From positions 32,001-96,000 of the forward strand of contig JAQBYT010000003.1 of assembly GCA_027622665.1 (NCBI GenBank): a DNA stretch of 64,000 bases, in the 5' to 3' direction. Under the pieces are notes generated by a model. That model ran no database searches, was not told the DNA's origin, and saw only the letters and a list, made by a program, of their open reading frames with translations. This stretch comes from Verrucomicrobiota bacterium (GTDB lineage: Bacteria; Verrucomicrobiota; Verrucomicrobiia; Opitutales; Seribacteraceae). The position numbers and the translations under genes are program-made. Of this stretch, positions 22,162 to 32,422 are shown piece after piece (position 1 is the first letter of the stretch; every line of letters starts with the position of its first letter).

Positions 22162-23397
22162 CTACTCTTCGCCAATCCGCCACAATGCCGAGGCCGTGCG
22201 GATGTAAAGGGCGCCGTCGGACGCGGCAAAGGAGGCGAGAGTACGATCAGCCAAGTCGTTTTCCGCAAGTAGCTTGTAGGTCGGGGCGGCGGCGAAAACA
22301 TAGGTTTTCCCTTGTTCGTCGATCAAATAGATGCGACCTGACGAATACAGGAGTGAGGACGAGGTTTCTCGAGCCACACGCTCTCGCCAAAGAAGTGCTC
22401 CCGACTTTGCATCCAAACACGATACCACACCCGTGTCGGCAGCCATGAAAAACAAATTTCCGACGACTAGGGGAGAAGAGTTGCGAGGAGCATTTTTATC
22501 CGTCTTCCACACAATGTGGGTTTCCGTAACGTCACCCGAACCCGTGGGTCGAACGGCATAGACAACCGGGCGGTCGTAACCACTGCTGACGTAAATGAGC
22601 CCATTGGCGTAAAGCGGGCGAGGCACGACGGAGTAACCACCGGGGTAATGGGATTTCCAAATTTGCTTTCCCGACAGATCGTAAGCGAAGATGTAATCAC
22701 TGGCGGGACTGATGATTTGTCGACGACCTTCCACGTCGATTACGATCGGGGTACAAAAGGAAAACTTCTTTTTGGCCGCGGCATCTCGAGGGGTTCGCCA
22801 GCGAAGCTTGCCGGTGTACTTGTCCAAGGCGTAAAGGGCGGGATCACGGGCGCCGTCGGCGCTGAACAGAAGCAGGTCGCCCTCAACGACCGGAGAACAA
22901 CCACTACCGTGAACGGGAGGATAGTCGAATCGCTTTTTCCAAATCGTCTTTCCGGCAAGGGACAAGCAAGCGGTACCTTGATTGCCAAAGTGAACGTAGA
23001 GACGATCCTCGTCCAAGAAAGGCGTGGGACTGGCGTGACTGTTCTTGCGATGAATACGTTGGGCCGACTCCATGCGAAAGAGTTCACGGTCCCAATCCAC
23101 ATTGCCCGTAAGCGCATCGACTCGAAGCGCTCGAAGAGAGACCCCTTCACCATCGGGCACGGCACTGGTAAGAAATAGCTTACCGCCGCCGAGAACAGGA
23201 GAAGACCATGCCGACCCGGGCAATTCCTTTTTCCAAATAACCTTGTCGGTGGCACTCCAGCGAAGAGGCAGTTTTTTGACATCGGCGTGACCTTGTCCAG
23301 TAGGGCCACGGAACTGAGACCAGTCCTCGGCGAATACCGAGTGGAGGGAAAATAAAACAAAAAGGGAGTGAAGCAAAGCAATCTTAGGCATGATCAT
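22162..23397 (-). CDS. PQQ-binding-like (BamB-like) beta-propeller protein
   Basis: Signal peptide, DWSQFRGPTGQG, repeated SSP/..W propeller blades, LYIRT C-terminus. Confidence 0.85.
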   Translation of the reverse strand: MIMPKIALLHSLFVLFSLHSVFAEDWSQFRGPTGQGHADVKKLPLRWSATDKVIWKKELPGSAWSSPVLGGGKLFLTSAVPDGEGVSLRALRVDALTGNVDWDRELFRMESAQRIHRKNSHASPTPFLDEDRLYVHFGNQGTACLSLAGKTIWKKRFDYPPVHGSGCSPVVEGDLLLFSADGARDPALYALDKYTGKLRWRTPRDAAAKKKFSFCTPIVIDVEGRRQIISPASDYIFAYDLSGKQIWKSHYPGGYSVVPRPLYANGLIYVSSGYDRPVVYAVRPTGSGDVTETHIVWKTDKNAPRNSSPLVVGNLFFMAADTGVVSCLDAKSGALLWRERVARETSSSLLYSSGRIYLIDEQGKTYVFAAAPTYKLLAENDLADRTLASFAASDGALYIRTASALWRIGEE

Positions 23398-23484
23398 TCT
23401 TGAAATTGTAAGTTTGGTAAAAAGTGAATGAGTCGAAGTAAAAAGGGACTAAGGAAAACCCCCTTCCGAGCCGATGCCTTTCTT

Positions 23485-24042
23485 CTATTCCAAACCAAGA
23501 ACTTTTTTACCCTCGTCGGAAATCATGCGTGGGTTCCATGGGGGTTCCCACACGATCTCCACTTGGGCGCTCTCCACTCCGGGCATAGCTTCGATACGGG
23601 TACGAGCATCATCCGCTATCACAGGTCCCATTCCGCAGCCTTTGGCAGTCAAAGTCATCTGAACCTCCACGCGTCGAGCGTCCTCGCCCGCCTCCTCGAT
23701 ACTCAAGTTATAGATCAAGCCGAGGTCCACGATATTAACGGGGATCTCGGGATCATAACAACCGCGCAAGGCATCCCAGACTTTTTTCTCGTCGAAAGTC
23801 TGATCTTGAGCCGCGGCAACGGGCTCATTTTCGGCCTCCACCGCGGCCTTTACTTCTTCGCCGAGCGCATCGAGGTTATCGATGCCGACACGATACATGC
23901 CGGTGGCATCGCGCAAAGTCACGGAACCTCCCAGAGCCTGTGCCACGACGTATTCCGCACCCTTCGACAAAGTGACCTCGTCCCCAGCGGGAATGAGAGT
24001 GGCGGGACAATCGCTGACTAGTGTAACGGGTTCGTTCTTCAT
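23485..24042 (-). CDS. sufT: Fe-S cluster assembly protein SufT-like (DUF59)
   Basis: N-terminal IPAG..QALGGS extension, YDPEIPVNIVDLGLIY, MTLTAKGCGMG, WEPPW. Confidence 0.85.
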   Translation of the reverse strand: MKNEPVTLVSDCPATLIPAGDEVTLSKGAEYVVAQALGGSVTLRDATGMYRVGIDNLDALGEEVKAAVEAENEPVAAAQDQTFDEKKVWDALRGCYDPEIPVNIVDLGLIYNLSIEEAGEDARRVEVQMTLTAKGCGMGPVIADDARTRIEAMPGVESAQVEIVWEPPWNPRMISDEGKKVLGLE

Positions 24043-24084
24043 GATAAATAAGGTGAAACTTGAGAAAAGGAGTGGAGAGAATCG

Positions 24085-25935
24085 TCAAAGTCCGCGATTC
24101 CAAAACCAAGGCAAGACGGCGTAGGCGCTTCGAGGATCGTTAAGTCGTCCGAACATGCCCAGATTACGCTCCATGTCCTTGAAACGGGCAAACAAGGCAT
24201 TTTCCTTATTGATGGAAGCGGCGGAAAGTTTGCTCGCAAGCGGAGTCTCTAAAATTTCCGCAAGGACCTCGAAAGGCGTCTCCACACGCGGATGCTCGAT
24301 CAGCTGAAAATCATCCGGCAAGCGAGCCAATTCAACGGCGTAAAGTATGGCATCTCCAAGCCCACCGAATTCATCGACCAAACCGATTTCACGGGCGTCC
24401 TTCCCGGACCAAACGCGCCCCTTGGCGATCTCATGGACCGCCGTTTTGTTCATATCGCGTCCGGCAGCCACATGATCCAAAAAACGATCGTAAATATCCT
24501 CCACGTAAAGCTGGAAATATTCCATCTCGTCCTCCGTTCTCGGTCTCACGAAGGAAAAGGCATCGGCATGCGGTTCCGTTTTCACTACGTCCCAAGTCAC
24601 GCCAAAGCGATTGCCGAGATCCTTAATGTTCGGCAACAAGCCAAACACTCCGATCGAGCCCGTGATCGTCTCGGGACTAGCGAAAATACGCTCCGACTTG
24701 GCAGCTATCCAATACCCCCCCGAAGCAGCGACCGAACCCATGGAAACAACTACGGGAATCCCATCCGCCCGCACACGCTCGACCTCTCGGCGAATAGCTT
24801 CCGCTCCGGTTACGCTTCCGCCCGGACTGTTCACCCGTAGAACGACTGCCTTGGTCTTCTCATCCTTGCGAATATCTCGCAACCGGCTAGCAATTTCATC
24901 GCCTCCTACATACTCTCCGTCATCACCCCAACCATCGAGAATCGCACCTTCTACGTAAACCACGGAGACGGCAGGCCTTTCATCCTCTTCGAGAGCTTGG
25001 AGGTCACCTACGGAAGAAGGTCTGTCGACGTATTCGCCTAGACTGATTTGAGCGAACTCTCCCGTATCTTCATCAATCCTGCCAATCTCGCCAAGACGGT
25101 CAATCACTTCGTCATAGTGAGCCGCCTTGTCGAATAAACCAGCAACCACCGCATCCTCCGCCTTGAGATGAAACTGCTGCCTGGAGATTTCTCCCAAACG
25201 CTCTACGGATAGTTTGCGGTTACGGGCGACAAGCCCAAGATAGTCCTGCCAACGATCCCCCAAAACCTCTTCCAACTGTTCGCGATTGGAATCACTGAAC
25301 CGGTCGGACAAGAAAGGCTCGACTGCACCCTTGTATTCGCCAGTTCTAGCCACCTGCACGCCGATGCCGTATTCCTCAAAGGCTTTTCCATAAAAAGTAA
25401 CCTCTACCGACATGCCGTTGAAAAGAACCGACCCGTAAGGATTGAGGAAAAGCTCGTCGGAATGAGACATAAGAAAGTAATCGGGCAACGAAGGGTCCAC
25501 GGCATAACCCACAATCGGCTTGCCCGACTGCCGAAACTCATTCAACGCCTCCCCTAGCTCGGCAAGAGCCGCATATCCAGAGCCATAACCCACGGGTTGT
25601 AGAGAACCTTTCAGAAAGATTCCACTTATCTTCTCGTCTGCCGAGGCCTTGCGAATCGTCCTAATCAACTCGAGCAAGTGAAAGCTTTGAGGCTCACCAC
25701 GCTTCGAAAGGGCCCTCATGGCCAGTTCTTCGAAGTCGAAACCACCCGGTCGATCCGAAACGTTCATGGTCAAGTCGATCACCAGAATGGAGTCCTTGGG
25801 AACTTCCACCTCCGGCACCCGAAGACTCAATGACATGAAGGTAAACAAAAGCGCGAAAGAAAAAAGCCCAAATAAAAGCGCCACTCCCGCCGAGGCTAGG
25901 AATCGTTTCAATACGTCCAACCAGAATGCTTTCAT
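24085..25935 (-). CDS. sppA: Signal peptide peptidase SppA (67K type)
   Basis: N-terminal TM segment, GEYKGAVEPF, RVNSPGGS, VAASGGYWI, ITGSIGV, GRVWSG. Confidence 0.93.
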   Translation of the reverse strand: MKAFWLDVLKRFLASAGVALLFGLFSFALLFTFMSLSLRVPEVEVPKDSILVIDLTMNVSDRPGGFDFEELAMRALSKRGEPQSFHLLELIRTIRKASADEKISGIFLKGSLQPVGYGSGYAALAELGEALNEFRQSGKPIVGYAVDPSLPDYFLMSHSDELFLNPYGSVLFNGMSVEVTFYGKAFEEYGIGVQVARTGEYKGAVEPFLSDRFSDSNREQLEEVLGDRWQDYLGLVARNRKLSVERLGEISRQQFHLKAEDAVVAGLFDKAAHYDEVIDRLGEIGRIDEDTGEFAQISLGEYVDRPSSVGDLQALEEDERPAVSVVYVEGAILDGWGDDGEYVGGDEIASRLRDIRKDEKTKAVVLRVNSPGGSVTGAEAIRREVERVRADGIPVVVSMGSVAASGGYWIAAKSERIFASPETITGSIGVFGLLPNIKDLGNRFGVTWDVVKTEPHADAFSFVRPRTEDEMEYFQLYVEDIYDRFLDHVAAGRDMNKTAVHEIAKGRVWSGKDAREIGLVDEFGGLGDAILYAVELARLPDDFQLIEHPRVETPFEVLAEILETPLASKLSAASINKENALFARFKDMERNLGMFGRLNDPRSAYAVLPWFWNRGL

Positions 25936-26032
25936 AAACCTTAAGAAACACCTAAGAAATCTGATTTGGAAGAGAAGGTCGAAGAAAAACTTTGCCGTTG
26001 TCGCAAAGAGACGATACTTGCCGGAGTTAATT

Positions 26033-27493
26033 ATGAGCGAAGAACAATTGAGCGCCGAGCACAAGGCCCTGAGAATAAACTTAGATCCAACAAAGTACGG
26101 CACCTTTGCCGAGATTGGAGCAGGGCAGGAAGTGGCCCGCCATTTCTTCGTGGCGGGCGGAGCCGCCGGTACCGTAGCCAAGAGCATATCGGCCTACGAC
26201 ATGCAGTTCAGCGACGCCATCTACGGCAAGGCTCGCCGTTACGTGTCACGCGAACGCCTCGTGCAAATGATGGAACACGAATACGGCCTGCTCGAGGAAC
26301 GTCTTACTGAGTCTAGGGGCACCGAGACCACTTTCTTTGCATTTGGGAACACCGTGGCCGCTCTCAACTACAAAAAGACCAACGAATGCCACGGATGGAT
26401 GGGGATTCGTTTTCAACTTCGCCCAGGCTCAGCTCCGCACGACATCATACTTCATGTACGAATGCTCGACCGCGACAATAGCTTGCAGCAGGAAGCCATC
26501 GGCTTTTTCGGCGTCAACCTGATCTACGGAGCCTTCCATTTCCGGGACGACCCCGACGCCTTCATCCGGAGTTTGGCCGATAACGTGGGGGATGACCGAA
26601 TCGAAGTCGACATGATCGAGTTCAACGGGCCCGAGTTCGAAAACGTGGACAACAGGATTCTTTCTCTCAAGCTGGTCGAAACAGGTCTGACGGAAGCCGT
26701 CATGTTCGATCGAAACGGGCACGTCGAGCAACCTGCCGAGACCCTCTACAAAAAATCCTGTCTCATTGAGCGCGGAAGCCTCCGCCCTCTAACCAAGGTC
26801 AACGTCGACATGCTGGAAAAGGCTCAAGCTCAATTCGTAAAGCGAGAAGACGTCGATTCGGATAACGTCAAAGTGTTCATGGAACTTACCCTCTCGACCC
26901 TGGGACCATCCGAAGGTGAAATTGACCATGCCGACTTCCTTGCCCGCATCGACTGCATCAATGCTTGCGGTTACGACGTCCTCGTCTCCAATCTTTTCGA
27001 GTATTACAAGCTAAGCACATTCCTCCGGCGCAACGTAAGCAAGCCCATAGGTCTAGTCATGGGGCTCAACAATCTCGCAGACATCCTAAAGGAAGAATAC
27101 TACTCCGAGCTGGAAGGCGGCATCTTGGAAGCCTTGGGAATCCTCTTCAAAGACAACATCAAAATCTATGCCTACCCCATAGAAAACGAGAATTTCGAGC
27201 GTTACCAAAAACAGATTGGAGTCGGCGACAACGTGGAAGCCAATCCAGCTGAAGACGGACTCATCGACATCGACAACTTGTTAGTGGCCGACAACCTTAG
27301 GAACCTCTACAAGTATGTGCGTGAAAACGGCTTCTTGGAACCTATCTTGGATTGTGATCGATCCAACATGGGCCTTTTTTCTCGAGACATCTTCGAAAAA
27401 GTCCAGGCAAGGAGTCCGGGATGGGAAGAGCTCCTCCCCCCTTGCGTAGCCAAGCTAATCAAAGAGAAAAACTTCTGGCGAGCCTCGACCTAA
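26033..27493 (+). CDS. Conserved hypothetical protein with degenerate nucleotidyltransferase-like C-terminal half
   Basis: YGTFAEIGAGQEVAR, ECHGWMGIRFQ, ERGSLRPLTKVNVDML. Soluble, no signal peptide or barrel strands. Confidence 0.7.
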   Translation: MSEEQLSAEHKALRINLDPTKYGTFAEIGAGQEVARHFFVAGGAAGTVAKSISAYDMQFSDAIYGKARRYVSRERLVQMMEHEYGLLEERLTESRGTETTFFAFGNTVAALNYKKTNECHGWMGIRFQLRPGSAPHDIILHVRMLDRDNSLQQEAIGFFGVNLIYGAFHFRDDPDAFIRSLADNVGDDRIEVDMIEFNGPEFENVDNRILSLKLVETGLTEAVMFDRNGHVEQPAETLYKKSCLIERGSLRPLTKVNVDMLEKAQAQFVKREDVDSDNVKVFMELTLSTLGPSEGEIDHADFLARIDCINACGYDVLVSNLFEYYKLSTFLRRNVSKPIGLVMGLNNLADILKEEYYSELEGGILEALGILFKDNIKIYAYPIENENFERYQKQIGVGDNVEANPAEDGLIDIDNLLVADNLRNLYKYVRENGFLEPILDCDRSNMGLFSRDIFEKVQARSPGWEELLPPCVAKLIKEKNFWRAST

Positions 27494-27505
27494 AGCTATT
27501 GCAGG

Positions 27506-28678
27506 CTAGCGGCGACGCTTGGAAATGATCTCGGAAACCTTTTCGTCGAAGCCGTCGCCCTTTCCTTCCTTGGCGAGGCGAGCCTTTTCGGTGGTCACGA
27601 AGTCCCGGCGCTTGACGAGCAGTTCTTCCAGTTTCTTCTGAAGTTCGGTCCGCTTGGCCACTTGTTCCTTGAGGTAGGCCGTACGCGTCTCGGGCGACAT
27701 TTTCTTGAGTTTCTCGGAAAGTTTATCCTCCTCGATTTTGTCGTATTCGTACTTGCCGGAAGCAAGGCCCTCCACAAGGTCTCCTCCGCCATCGATGTAG
27801 GCGGTGGCAGCTGCGGAAGGGGCCACGGAGCCACTAAACTTCAAAGAGGAGATAGCCTTGGATTTAAAGGAAAGCACGGAGAGGCGGTCGGCGGCCACCT
27901 CGTCATCAGCCTCGGCAGCCAGCTCAAGCTTACTAGCCACGACCGCCCGCACTCCGGCATCTCCATAGGCCACTACGGTGACGCCGAGTTCGCGGTTGAG
28001 CTTGGCGATTTCGGCATCGACGGGCGTGCTGATGGCAGCCACGCCACCGGTTTGCGCGATGGCCACGTAGTCGCCCTCGGCGAGCTTGGCGATTTCCTTC
28101 CATATGGGCGTGGTGGAAGCCATGCTCCCGCACTGGACGGTGTTGACGATGAGATCCTTCTTCACAGCCTGCTTGCAGACTGCGGGATACTTGACGTCGT
28201 CCTGATAATCCATGTGCGGAGGGGCATCTCCCACCAGAAAGATCAACTTGAGCACCTTGCGATCATCGTTCCACTTGATCTTGGTTACGGCCTCGTGCAG
28301 GGCCTGGTTTACAGACTCGGGGGTGTCGCCGCCGCCTTGGGCCTGAAACTTCATCAGCTTGGCGTATACGTCGTCGATATCCTCGGAAAGGTCGTGAACC
28401 TGCGTAACGTAGGCGTCCTTGCGATCGCGGTAACCAATAAGCCCTATGCGAAGGTTGGGCACGGGCTTGCTGGAAAGAATCTCGTTGGCGATGGACCAGA
28501 CCTTTTGCTTGGCGCCCTCGATGAGACCTCCCATGGAACCGGTGGTGTCTAGGACGAAGCAGACCTCGATGGTCTCGCGTTCCTTCTTTGCGTTTTTCTT
28601 GGCCTTCTTCTCACCGTCCTTGGCGGCGAGGGAAAAAAGAACGAGGCAAGCGGTAATAAACAGGGCGATTGTTTTCAT
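27506..28678 (-). CDS. Secreted vWA-domain protein
   Basis: Signal peptide; MIDAS VLDTTGSM, GGGDTPE, LVGDAPPH. Confidence 0.88.
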   Translation of the reverse strand: MKTIALFITACLVLFSLAAKDGEKKAKKNAKKERETIEVCFVLDTTGSMGGLIEGAKQKVWSIANEILSSKPVPNLRIGLIGYRDRKDAYVTQVHDLSEDIDDVYAKLMKFQAQGGGDTPESVNQALHEAVTKIKWNDDRKVLKLIFLVGDAPPHMDYQDDVKYPAVCKQAVKKDLIVNTVQCGSMASTTPIWKEIAKLAEGDYVAIAQTGGVAAISTPVDAEIAKLNRELGVTVVAYGDAGVRAVVASKLELAAEADDEVAADRLSVLSFKSKAISSLKFSGSVAPSAAATAYIDGGGDLVEGLASGKYEYDKIEEDKLSEKLKKMSPETRTAYLKEQVAKRTELQKKLEELLVKRRDFVTTEKARLAKEGKGDGFDEKVSEIISKRRR

Positions 28679-28731
28679 GATGAGTTTTCCGTTTCTTTGT
28701 TAAATCGGTCGATATTCAATAGGTGGACAAA

Positions 28732-31080
28732 CTACCTTCGGCAGCGAATGACCTTGCCTTGGTGGATGACGTCGACATCGGGTCCAAGGCTGAGCCAAGG
28801 AATAACCTCGGGGTGTTTCTCGAGGAAGTCGAAGTACTCCTTGGAGGCGAATTTGAGCTCGTGAATCGTCTTGTCCGAATCGTCGCGGGCATCGTCGTCG
28901 ATCCAGAGATTCCCCGCAAGGTGGAAGGTCTTGCCGTCTATTATGCGGTTCTCGAACATGAGTCTGCCACGCCCCTTTCCTTCACCCGAGTAGGCGATGT
29001 CCCTAGCGGCTCTGAAATCAGCAATGCCGCTGGCGCTCTTGAGAGCGGAACCGGATGCTGCTCCTCGCACGGCATCATCCCCGGACTTCTCGAGCTTGAA
29101 ACTGTCGTAAGAAAGCTTGGCATCTCTTTCAATGGCAAGTGACTCTTCGGCAATAGGCGCCACTGTTGTGCCTGGGGCAAAGCCTCCCAAGCTGCGGCGA
29201 GCAAAGGGAACGGCATGATGCTTTTCGTCCTCGATGATGAGATAACTGGTATATGGCGTGACGATGCCGTACTTGCGAGCCAAGCGGGCCACTTCCTCCT
29301 TCAATTCCTTCTTTTCGCCTCGCAGTCGAATTTCGTCGAGCAAGTACCCCACCCGACGAGTAGCCCAGATACGCGGAATGAATTGGTTCTTATCGTTTTC
29401 CTTGGGAAAAAGAGCGTCGTACTTGAAAGATTTCTTCTCACCCCGAATGGTGCCGCGAAGAATCACTTTTCCCTTTATGGAACCCGGTTCGTACCTGCCG
29501 AGAACCACCATCTGGTCACCCTTGAAGAGGTCGGGCAGGTTTTTCGGGTATATGTTGCGAATACGTTCGGGACCCACAACCTCGAGCTTGAGATCGGCGA
29601 GCACGGGCTCGGATATCTTGGCGTAGAAGCGCGACACCTTGTACTCGAGATCCTCTTCGGGCAGGACGTACTGGCTCACGGCGTTCGTCTCCTCGGTTAT
29701 CTTGTCGAGCAAGTGCGTGTTGACGTTGGTTCCGATCCCGAAGCAGAAAACGCGAACCTTGCTCTTGGAGTCACCGATTTTCTTCTTAAGCGAGTTGAGG
29801 ATGACGTCCTCCTTGATGGCTCCGATGGTGGGTTGGCCGTCGGTAATGAAGATGACTTGGGTGGGACGACTTTTGGATGCCTTTGCAGAAACGATTGTGG
29901 CCGCCTCCCCAAGGGCTTCCTCGATGGCGGTGCCACCGATGGCGCGTACGGAATCAATGAATTTGGAGGCCTTTTTTCGATTCTTGGCAGCAGCGGCAAC
30001 CATCTTGCCGAAAACGGGTTCGGCCTCGGTGGAAAAACGGATGATCTCGAAACGATCCTCGTCGTTCAGGCTATCCACGCAAAACTTCATGGCCTCCTTG
30101 GCCTGCTCGATCTTCTTGCCTCGCATCGAACCGGAAGAATCGAACACGAACACGACGTCCTTCGGAATGGCCGCTTCCCCCTTTTTCCAAGCCCCCGGGC
30201 TTACCAGCAGCATGAAATGGCCGCCGTCTTCGGAATCCTCGGGATTGTGGGTAAGCACGCTCAGGTCGACGTCGCCGCCATCTTTTCCCTTGAGCGAGTA
30301 GTAAAGCAGGAAATCGGCGTCGGTCGCCATGTTCTTCTTTTCAAGCCCCACCACGACTCGCTGCTTCCCGTGACGCTTGATCTCGGCATCGTGGGAAGGC
30401 GAGTAGACGGACTTGATTTCGGCGCCGGAAGTCTCTACCTCGATCTTCATGGAAAGGTCCTTGATCGGGCGGGAGGAGTATTTCTTGGTATTGAGGTGGT
30501 AGAGGTACCTGACCATCTTGCCGTCCCGCTCGAGGATCTCGGTGTATTTGATCTTCACTTCCTTTTCCTTGCGAGGCTCAATCGGGAAGATACGCACCTT
30601 GAAAAGGCTTTGCCCGGCATACTCGAATAGAGCGGGGTCGAGAGCCTTGCGAACGATGTCCTCGTAAATTTTGCGAGCTTTCTTGGCGTCGAGTAGTTCG
30701 GCCTTCTGCATCTTGCCGTTGACCTCCATGGAAAACTTGTCGATGCGGGCTCCTTTGGGCACAGGAAAAATGAAGGTGCCCTCTAGTCGACGGTCGGAGG
30801 GGTTGTAAAAAACTTGGTGGAGCTTGGTGACCGCCACTTGGTCCTTGATCGAGACGTCGACGTGTTGGCTCCGCAATTCCAGCGGCAGGAATTGCCTGAT
30901 CGGGCGATGGGGAGGTATGGGACGAGGAGGCCAAGGCGGATGCGGCGGATGCGGGGGCAAGATGTGGCGAGGCATAGCCTTGTCCACAATGATGAGACCG
31001 TTACCCTGTGCCACTCGTGGTACGAAAAAGACGAGAATGGCGATAGTTGAGGCGGCGAACCAAGTGGTAGTTTTACTCAT
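28732..31080 (-). CDS. Secreted VIT + vWA domain protein (inter-alpha-trypsin-inhibitor-like)
   Basis: VIT domain (QVFYNP..EGTFIFPVP), VFDSSGSM, GGTAI, FITDG, RIWATRRV, IVTPYTSYLI. Confidence 0.9.
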   Translation of the reverse strand: MSKTTTWFAASTIAILVFFVPRVAQGNGLIIVDKAMPRHILPPHPPHPPWPPRPIPPHRPIRQFLPLELRSQHVDVSIKDQVAVTKLHQVFYNPSDRRLEGTFIFPVPKGARIDKFSMEVNGKMQKAELLDAKKARKIYEDIVRKALDPALFEYAGQSLFKVRIFPIEPRKEKEVKIKYTEILERDGKMVRYLYHLNTKKYSSRPIKDLSMKIEVETSGAEIKSVYSPSHDAEIKRHGKQRVVVGLEKKNMATDADFLLYYSLKGKDGGDVDLSVLTHNPEDSEDGGHFMLLVSPGAWKKGEAAIPKDVVFVFDSSGSMRGKKIEQAKEAMKFCVDSLNDEDRFEIIRFSTEAEPVFGKMVAAAAKNRKKASKFIDSVRAIGGTAIEEALGEAATIVSAKASKSRPTQVIFITDGQPTIGAIKEDVILNSLKKKIGDSKSKVRVFCFGIGTNVNTHLLDKITEETNAVSQYVLPEEDLEYKVSRFYAKISEPVLADLKLEVVGPERIRNIYPKNLPDLFKGDQMVVLGRYEPGSIKGKVILRGTIRGEKKSFKYDALFPKENDKNQFIPRIWATRRVGYLLDEIRLRGEKKELKEEVARLARKYGIVTPYTSYLIIEDEKHHAVPFARRSLGGFAPGTTVAPIAEESLAIERDAKLSYDSFKLEKSGDDAVRGAASGSALKSASGIADFRAARDIAYSGEGKGRGRLMFENRIIDGKTFHLAGNLWIDDDARDDSDKTIHELKFASKEYFDFLEKHPEVIPWLSLGPDVDVIHQGKVIRCRR

Positions 31081-31106
31081 TTTTTGTCCTCTGTTCATAC
31101 TATAGC

Positions 31107-31130
31107 GACGCAGCAATCCGATATTTGTTA
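31107..31130 (-). promoter_or_regulatory. Possible ECF-sigma promoter
   Basis: Minus strand TAAC-N16-CGTC, about 27 nt upstream of the VIT gene start. Confidence 0.3.
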
Positions 31131-31216
31131 GAAAAAAACCGGATGGGGGCGAGAGTTATTCGGTCTCGCTTTTATCGTGAGGAGGATTCTTTCTATTCCA
31201 TTTCCCAATAAAAAAC

Positions 31217-32308
31217 ATGCCCGAAGTAGAGACACTCACTTATCCAATTGAACGCCTGCAGGAATTTTCCAAGCGCGTTTTTCTTCATTTCGGCGTTCCC
31301 GAAGATGATGCAAGGTTAGCCGCCGAAGTACTGGCATCCAGCGACCTGCGCGGCATCGACTCCCATGGGGTGGCTCGCCTTCATTGCTACTTCGACATGC
31401 TCAGCTTAGGGCGCATCAACCCAAAGCCTGTACTCAAGATCCTTCGCGAAAGCCCCAGCACCGCCACCGTTGACGGCGACAACGGCCTCGGCCTCGTGGT
31501 TGGGCCGAAAGCCAACGAGATCGCGATGGACAAAGCGGGCGAGGCAGGCACGGGATGGGTCAGCGTCTCCAACACGAACCATTACGGAATCGCAGGCTAT
31601 TATCCGCTACAGGCTCTCAAAAGAGACCTTATCGGCTGGTCCATGACCAACACCACGAAACTGGTTGCCCCGCTCTGGGGCGCCGAACGCATGCTGGGCA
31701 CAAACCCCATCGCCATCGCGTTTCCGGGGAAGGAGGAACCGCCCATCGTAATCGACATGGCCACTTGCGCTGCCGCCTACGGAAAAATCGAGATCGCCAA
31801 GCGCAAAGGAGAAAAGCTTCCCGAAGGATGGGCGGTGGACTCGGAAGGGCATCATACCGACGATCCCGAAGCCATGATCGAGGGTGGCGGACTGCTGCCC
31901 CTAGGCTCGGACCGTGAGCGCGGAGGTCACAAAGGCTACGGTCTCGCCCTCATGGTGGACGTGCTCTGCTGCGTCCTGAGCGGGGCCAACTGGGGCCCCT
32001 ATGCCCCACCCTTCGCCGTCCGTCAGTACGTACCCGAAAAGCAGGTGGGCAAGGGTATCGGCCATTTCTTTGGAGCCATGCGCATAGACGCTTTCATCGA
32101 ACCCGACGAGTTCAAGAGGCAAATCGACGCCTACCGCCGCGTACTTCTTGCCACGAAACCGGCCCCGGGAACGGACGGCCCCATTGTCCCCGGCGATCCC
32201 GAGCGAGAAGCCGAAGTCATTCGCTCCAAGGAAGGCATTCCGTTGGTTATGCCCGTAGTCGAGGAACTTCGCGATATTTCCAAGCAGACCGGAATCCCGC
32301 TTGAGTAA
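31217..32308 (+). CDS. Ldh_2 family (malate/L-lactate/sulfolactate-type) oxidoreductase
   Basis: DLRGIDSHG, NTNHYG, GTNPIA, DMAT, GHKGYGL. Confidence 0.9.
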   Translation: MPEVETLTYPIERLQEFSKRVFLHFGVPEDDARLAAEVLASSDLRGIDSHGVARLHCYFDMLSLGRINPKPVLKILRESPSTATVDGDNGLGLVVGPKANEIAMDKAGEAGTGWVSVSNTNHYGIAGYYPLQALKRDLIGWSMTNTTKLVAPLWGAERMLGTNPIAIAFPGKEEPPIVIDMATCAAAYGKIEIAKRKGEKLPEGWAVDSEGHHTDDPEAMIEGGGLLPLGSDRERGGHKGYGLALMVDVLCCVLSGANWGPYAPPFAVRQYVPEKQVGKGIGHFFGAMRIDAFIEPDEFKRQIDAYRRVLLATKPAPGTDGPIVPGDPEREAEVIRSKEGIPLVMPVVEELRDISKQTGIPLE

Positions 32309-32422
32309 ATTCTCAATAGCCATTTTGCTCGGACCAGTATCCCTTTGGGCAAAATGCCTTGCTCCGCCACAAGCAACCATTCCTCATCGGACTTCTTCCG
32401 GTTCCGGGAAATTGCGTAATCC

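Noticed and set aside
25718..26187. Apparent head-to-head overlap of sppA and the 26033 gene
   Set aside because: Artefact of longest-ORF starts; realistic starts at 25935 and 26033 leave a normal divergent gap.
29215..30630. 471-aa plus-strand ORF
   Set aside because: Antisense shadow of the VIT-vWA gene.
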